Assembly (NCBI RefSeq): GCF_006345805.1
Contig: NW_021833887.1
Span: 1 to 53,046, forward strand
Length of the DNA: 53,046 bases
Direction: 5' to 3'
DNA from: Octopus sinensis
Taxonomy: Eukaryota
How positions within the stretch are numbered: position 1 is the first letter of the stretch; every line of letters starts with the position of its first letter. Made by a program: the position numbers and the translations under genes. This document shows positions 49,381 through 53,046 of the stretch, piece after piece. Below the pieces are notes generated by a model. That model worked only from the letters and a program-made list of their open reading frames with translations. It had not been told where the DNA came from and ran no database searches.

Positions 49381-50313
49381 CGCAGTGATGTTGACAACGA
49401 TCAACTAAGAGCCTTAGTCGAAGCCAATCCACGCACAACTGTTAGAGAGCTTGCTTCTGAATTAGACGTAACGTATACGACAATTTCTAACCACTTGAAA
49501 GCGGTAGGAAAAACAAAAATACTTGAAAAATAGGTGCCGCATGAATTGAATGACAACCAAAAAAAAAAAAAAAAAAAGGGAAAGGAAAAAAACGCCGTTT
49601 TGAAGTGTCGTCTTCCCTTCTTTTACGCAAGAAGAACGACCTGTTTCTCGGCCAGATTGTTACTTGGGATGAAAAGTGGATTCTTTATGACAACCAGCGA
49701 CGCTCAGCTCAGTGGTTGGACGCCGAAGAAGCTCCACAGCACTTCCTGAAGCCAAAGTTGCACCAAAAGAAGGTCATGGTGACTGTTTGGTGGTCTGCGG
49801 CCAGTCTCGTCCATCACAGCTTTTTGGATCCAGGCGAAACCATTATGGCGGAGAAGTACTGTCAGCAAATGGATGAAATGCATAAGAAACTCAGACAACA
49901 ACAGCCAGCATTGGTCAATAGAAAAGGACCAATTCTTCTTCACGACAACGCTCGGCCGCACGTCGCACAACTGACTCTGTAGAGGTTGAACGAATTGGGC
50001 TACGAAACTCTACCTCATCCGCCATACTCACCAGACTTCTCGCCTACCGACTAACAATTTTTAGAGCATCTCGACAACTTCCTGCGTGAGAAATACTTCA
50101 AAAACTAAGAAGAGCCAAACACGCCTTCAACGACTTCATCGCCACCAGAACGCAAGATTTTTACGCTACTGGCATAAATAAACTTGTTTCGCGTTGGCAA
50201 AAGTGTGTTGACTCTGATGGTGTTTATTTCGATTAATAAAGTTTTGTTTGAGCCGAGATATGTGCATCTGGATTTAAAGGTTAAAAACCACAAGAAATTT
50301 CTTGACAACCTAA
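49381..50313 (+). mobile_element. 5'-truncated mariner pseudogene
   Basis: VPHEL, IVTWDEKWILYDN, LLHDNARPH, HPPYSPDFSPTD; right TIR ..CTTGACAACCTAA|TA. Confidence 0.9.
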
Positions 50314-50320
50314 TATATAT

Positions 50321-50474
50321 ACGACGGGCTCCTTTCACTTTCCGTCTACCAAATCCACTCACAAGACTTTGCTCGGCTCGATGATAGAGTAGAAGACACT
50401 TGCCCAAGGTGCCTCACAGTGGGACTGAGCCAGGAACCATGTGGTTGGGAAGCAAACTTCTAACCACACAACCA
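50321..50474 (-). mobile_element. SINE head
   Basis: Reverse complement of the 17664 head. Confidence 0.85.
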
Positions 50475-50552
50475 TATATACATATAAATGTACATACACA
50501 TATATGTAGATATATATATATATACATACGAACGCGTGCACACACTCATACA

Positions 50553-50609
<57 letters not shown>

Positions 50610-50717
50610 GTATATATATATATATGTATATGTCTACCAAATCCACTCACAAGGCATTGGTCGGCCCGGGGCTATAGCAGACGACACGTTTTTTATACAT
50701 CATATATCATATACATA

Positions 50718-52426
50718 GGCGCAGGATTGGCTTTGTGGTAAGTAGCTTGCTAACCAATCACATGGTTCCGGGGTTCAGTCCCACTGCGTGGCATTTGGGC
50801 AAGTGTCTTCTGCTATAGCCACGGGCGACCAATGCCTTGTGAGTGGATTTGGTAGACGAAACTGAAAGAAGCCTGTCGTATATGTATATAATATATATAT
50901 TATATATATACGAGGGGCGTTCAATAAGTAATGCCCCTGACCCACTTCCCATAGCAGTAGAGCAACGAAAATGGCACAGGTATTAGTCTTTTTCTACATA
51001 GGAACCACCCAGAGTTACGCATTTCTCCCATCGTTTGATGCGGCTCTGGAGACCGTTTTTCTAGAATAACCCAGCTTGGTCCTCCACCTCAACGTGACTT
51101 CAGAATCAAGGCTGCATCATCTGGGGAAACGCTTTCCTTTCAAAAAACAATTCATGATTGGGAAGAGGTGAAAATCAGAGGGTGCAAGGTCAGGAAAGTA
51201 GTAGGGGGATGGGGAGGAGTTCATAGCCATACGCCTGTGCTTCTGATCTGGCGACAAGCGAGTTGTGGACCGGAGCGTTGTCCTGCAGGAGGAGGATGCC
51301 TTTGCTGATCTTGCCCCGCCTCTTGATTTTGATAACTTCTCTTAATTTCCTCAAAAGTGAAGCAAATAGGCTCCTGCAATTGTGGTACCCTTTGCCAGGA
51401 AATCTGTCATCACTACTCCGTCCTGGTCCCAGAAGACTGTGAGCATGACCTTGCCAGCGGAGGCCTGCACCCTTGCCTTTTGGAGGGGGTGAGTCACGGT
51501 GCTTCCACTGCATTGACTGGGCTTTGGTCTCTGGATCATCGTGATGGACCCAGGTTTCATCCTGTGTAATCAGTCTTTTGAAAAATTTTGACTCATCTTC
51601 TTGGCACATCTCCAAATTCACCCTCGAGCATTCGACGCGTTCTTGCTTCTGGAAAGGCGTGAGCAACCTGGAAATCCATCTGGCAGACACCTTTTGCATA
51701 TGCAAATGGTCATGAATGATAGTTTCCACAGACCCGGTACTAATCTTGACCTCATGGACTATTTGGCGAATAATTATGCGTCGATCTTCCAAAATGGCAG
51801 CCTCAACATGACGGACAGATGCCCCATCAATGGCAGAAGGGGGTGACCAGATCTGGGAGCTGTTTCCACAGAGGTTCCGACCATGTTTGAATTCACGATG
51901 CTAGCGTTTTACAAGGTCATATGATGGGGCATCATCACCATAAGTTACTTTCATTCATTAAAAGTCTCCCGTGGTGTGCGTCCTTTCAAATACAAAAACC
52001 GGATCACTGCTCGACACTCAACAGGCTCCATTTCACACTGACTCGGTTCAAACACCTGTAAATCAGAAACCACAATTAATTCAGAGCTGTAATTTGCCAC
52101 TTACTATAGAGATATAAATGATTGCACAAGCAAAATTTCAGCTAGATCAAACAACTGCAAGTGGGTCAGAGGCATTACTTATTGAACTCCTCGTATATAT
52201 ATGTTGTGTGTGTGTGTGTGTTTGTGTGTCTGGTTTGTCCCCCTAGCATTGCTTGACAACCGATGCTGGTGTGTACGTCCCGTCACTTACGCGGTTCGGC
52301 AAAAAGATCCTGATAGATAAGTTCTGGGCTTACAAAGAATAAGTCCGGGGTCGATTTGCTCGACTAAAGGCGGTACTCCAGCATGGCCGCAGTCAAATGA
52401 CTGAAACAAGTAAAAGAGTAAAAGAG
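50718..52426 (+). mobile_element. SINE split by a mariner (head 50718-50880, tail ~52220-52426)
   Basis: Head and tail match 17664-18060. Confidence 0.85.
50911..52193 (-). mobile_element. Mariner, same family as 27433-28673; pseudogene
   Basis: Same TIRs and TA flanks; ITQDETWVHH, LLQDNAPVH. Confidence 0.95.
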
Positions 52427-52474
52427 TATATATATACATATATATGTGTGTGTGTGCATGTATATATATATAGT

Positions 52475-52787
52475 GAGGGCGCGTGGCTTAGTGGTTAGGG
52501 CATTCGGCTCATGATCGTATGGTTGTGAGTTCGATTCCGGCGACGCGTTGTGTCCTGAGCAAGACACTATTTCACGTTGCTCCAGTCCACTCAGCTGGCA
52601 AAAATGAGTTGTACTTGTATTTCAAAGGGTCAGCCTTGTCACTCTGTGTCACGCTGATATCCCCGAGAGAACTACGTTAAGGGTACACGTGTCGTTGGAA
52701 TGCTCAGCCATTTGCACGTTAATTTCACGAGCAAGCTGTTCCGTTGATCGTATAGCTGGGGACCCTCGTGTCGTAACCGGCGGAGTC
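52475..52787 (+). mobile_element. tRNA-derived SINE (Meta-domain-like)
   Basis: GTGGCTTAGTGGTTAGG, GAGTTCGATTCC, GTGTCCTGAGCAAGACAC..CCAGTCCACTCAGCTG. Confidence 0.88.
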
Positions 52788-53046
52788 TTTAGATAATATA
52801 TATATAATATATATATATATTATATAGACACATTATATATACATGCATTTACACGGTTTATATATAATGTATGTGTGTGTTGTAGCTTTGTTCTTACACG
52901 AATTGTTTAGTCTTTCTTCTCGCCAAAATTACAAAACATCTGTGTTTTGCCGTTGTTTTTCTCAACTCTGCTGATGTCTATTTGTTGCTTTTTGTGGTCT
53001 TGACTGTGAAATTCTAATCTAATTCCGGGTCTGCAGTTTTATCTTT

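Overview
AT-rich, repeat-saturated eukaryotic DNA. The SINE families and (TA)n/(TACA)n/(TAA)n/(GATA)n density suggest an Octopus-like cephalopod (inference). I cannot support any host protein-coding exon, and most ORF-track entries are microsatellite artefacts. Recognisable content: six Tc1/mariner-superfamily remnants; a near-full-length, frameshifted R4/Dong-like non-LTR retrotransposon inside a (TAA)n nest with several more R4-like 3' fragments; RTE and CR1/L2-like LINE fragments; several tRNA-derived SINE families; hAT MITEs; a non-autonomous Helitron; and a decayed Penelope-like (GIY-YIG) remnant. The most notable signal is about nine minimal type-I hammerhead ribozyme motifs with a palindromic stem III, in several unrelated small elements, most of them next to (TA)n tracts. 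They include a U3-A8 core-covariant hammerhead at the apex of a ~400-nt rod-like fold-back (14336-14732) and a tandem pair whose cleavage sites are 460 nt apart. Together they suggest a Penelope-associated retrozyme-like system. All motifs were found by eye and none is tested.
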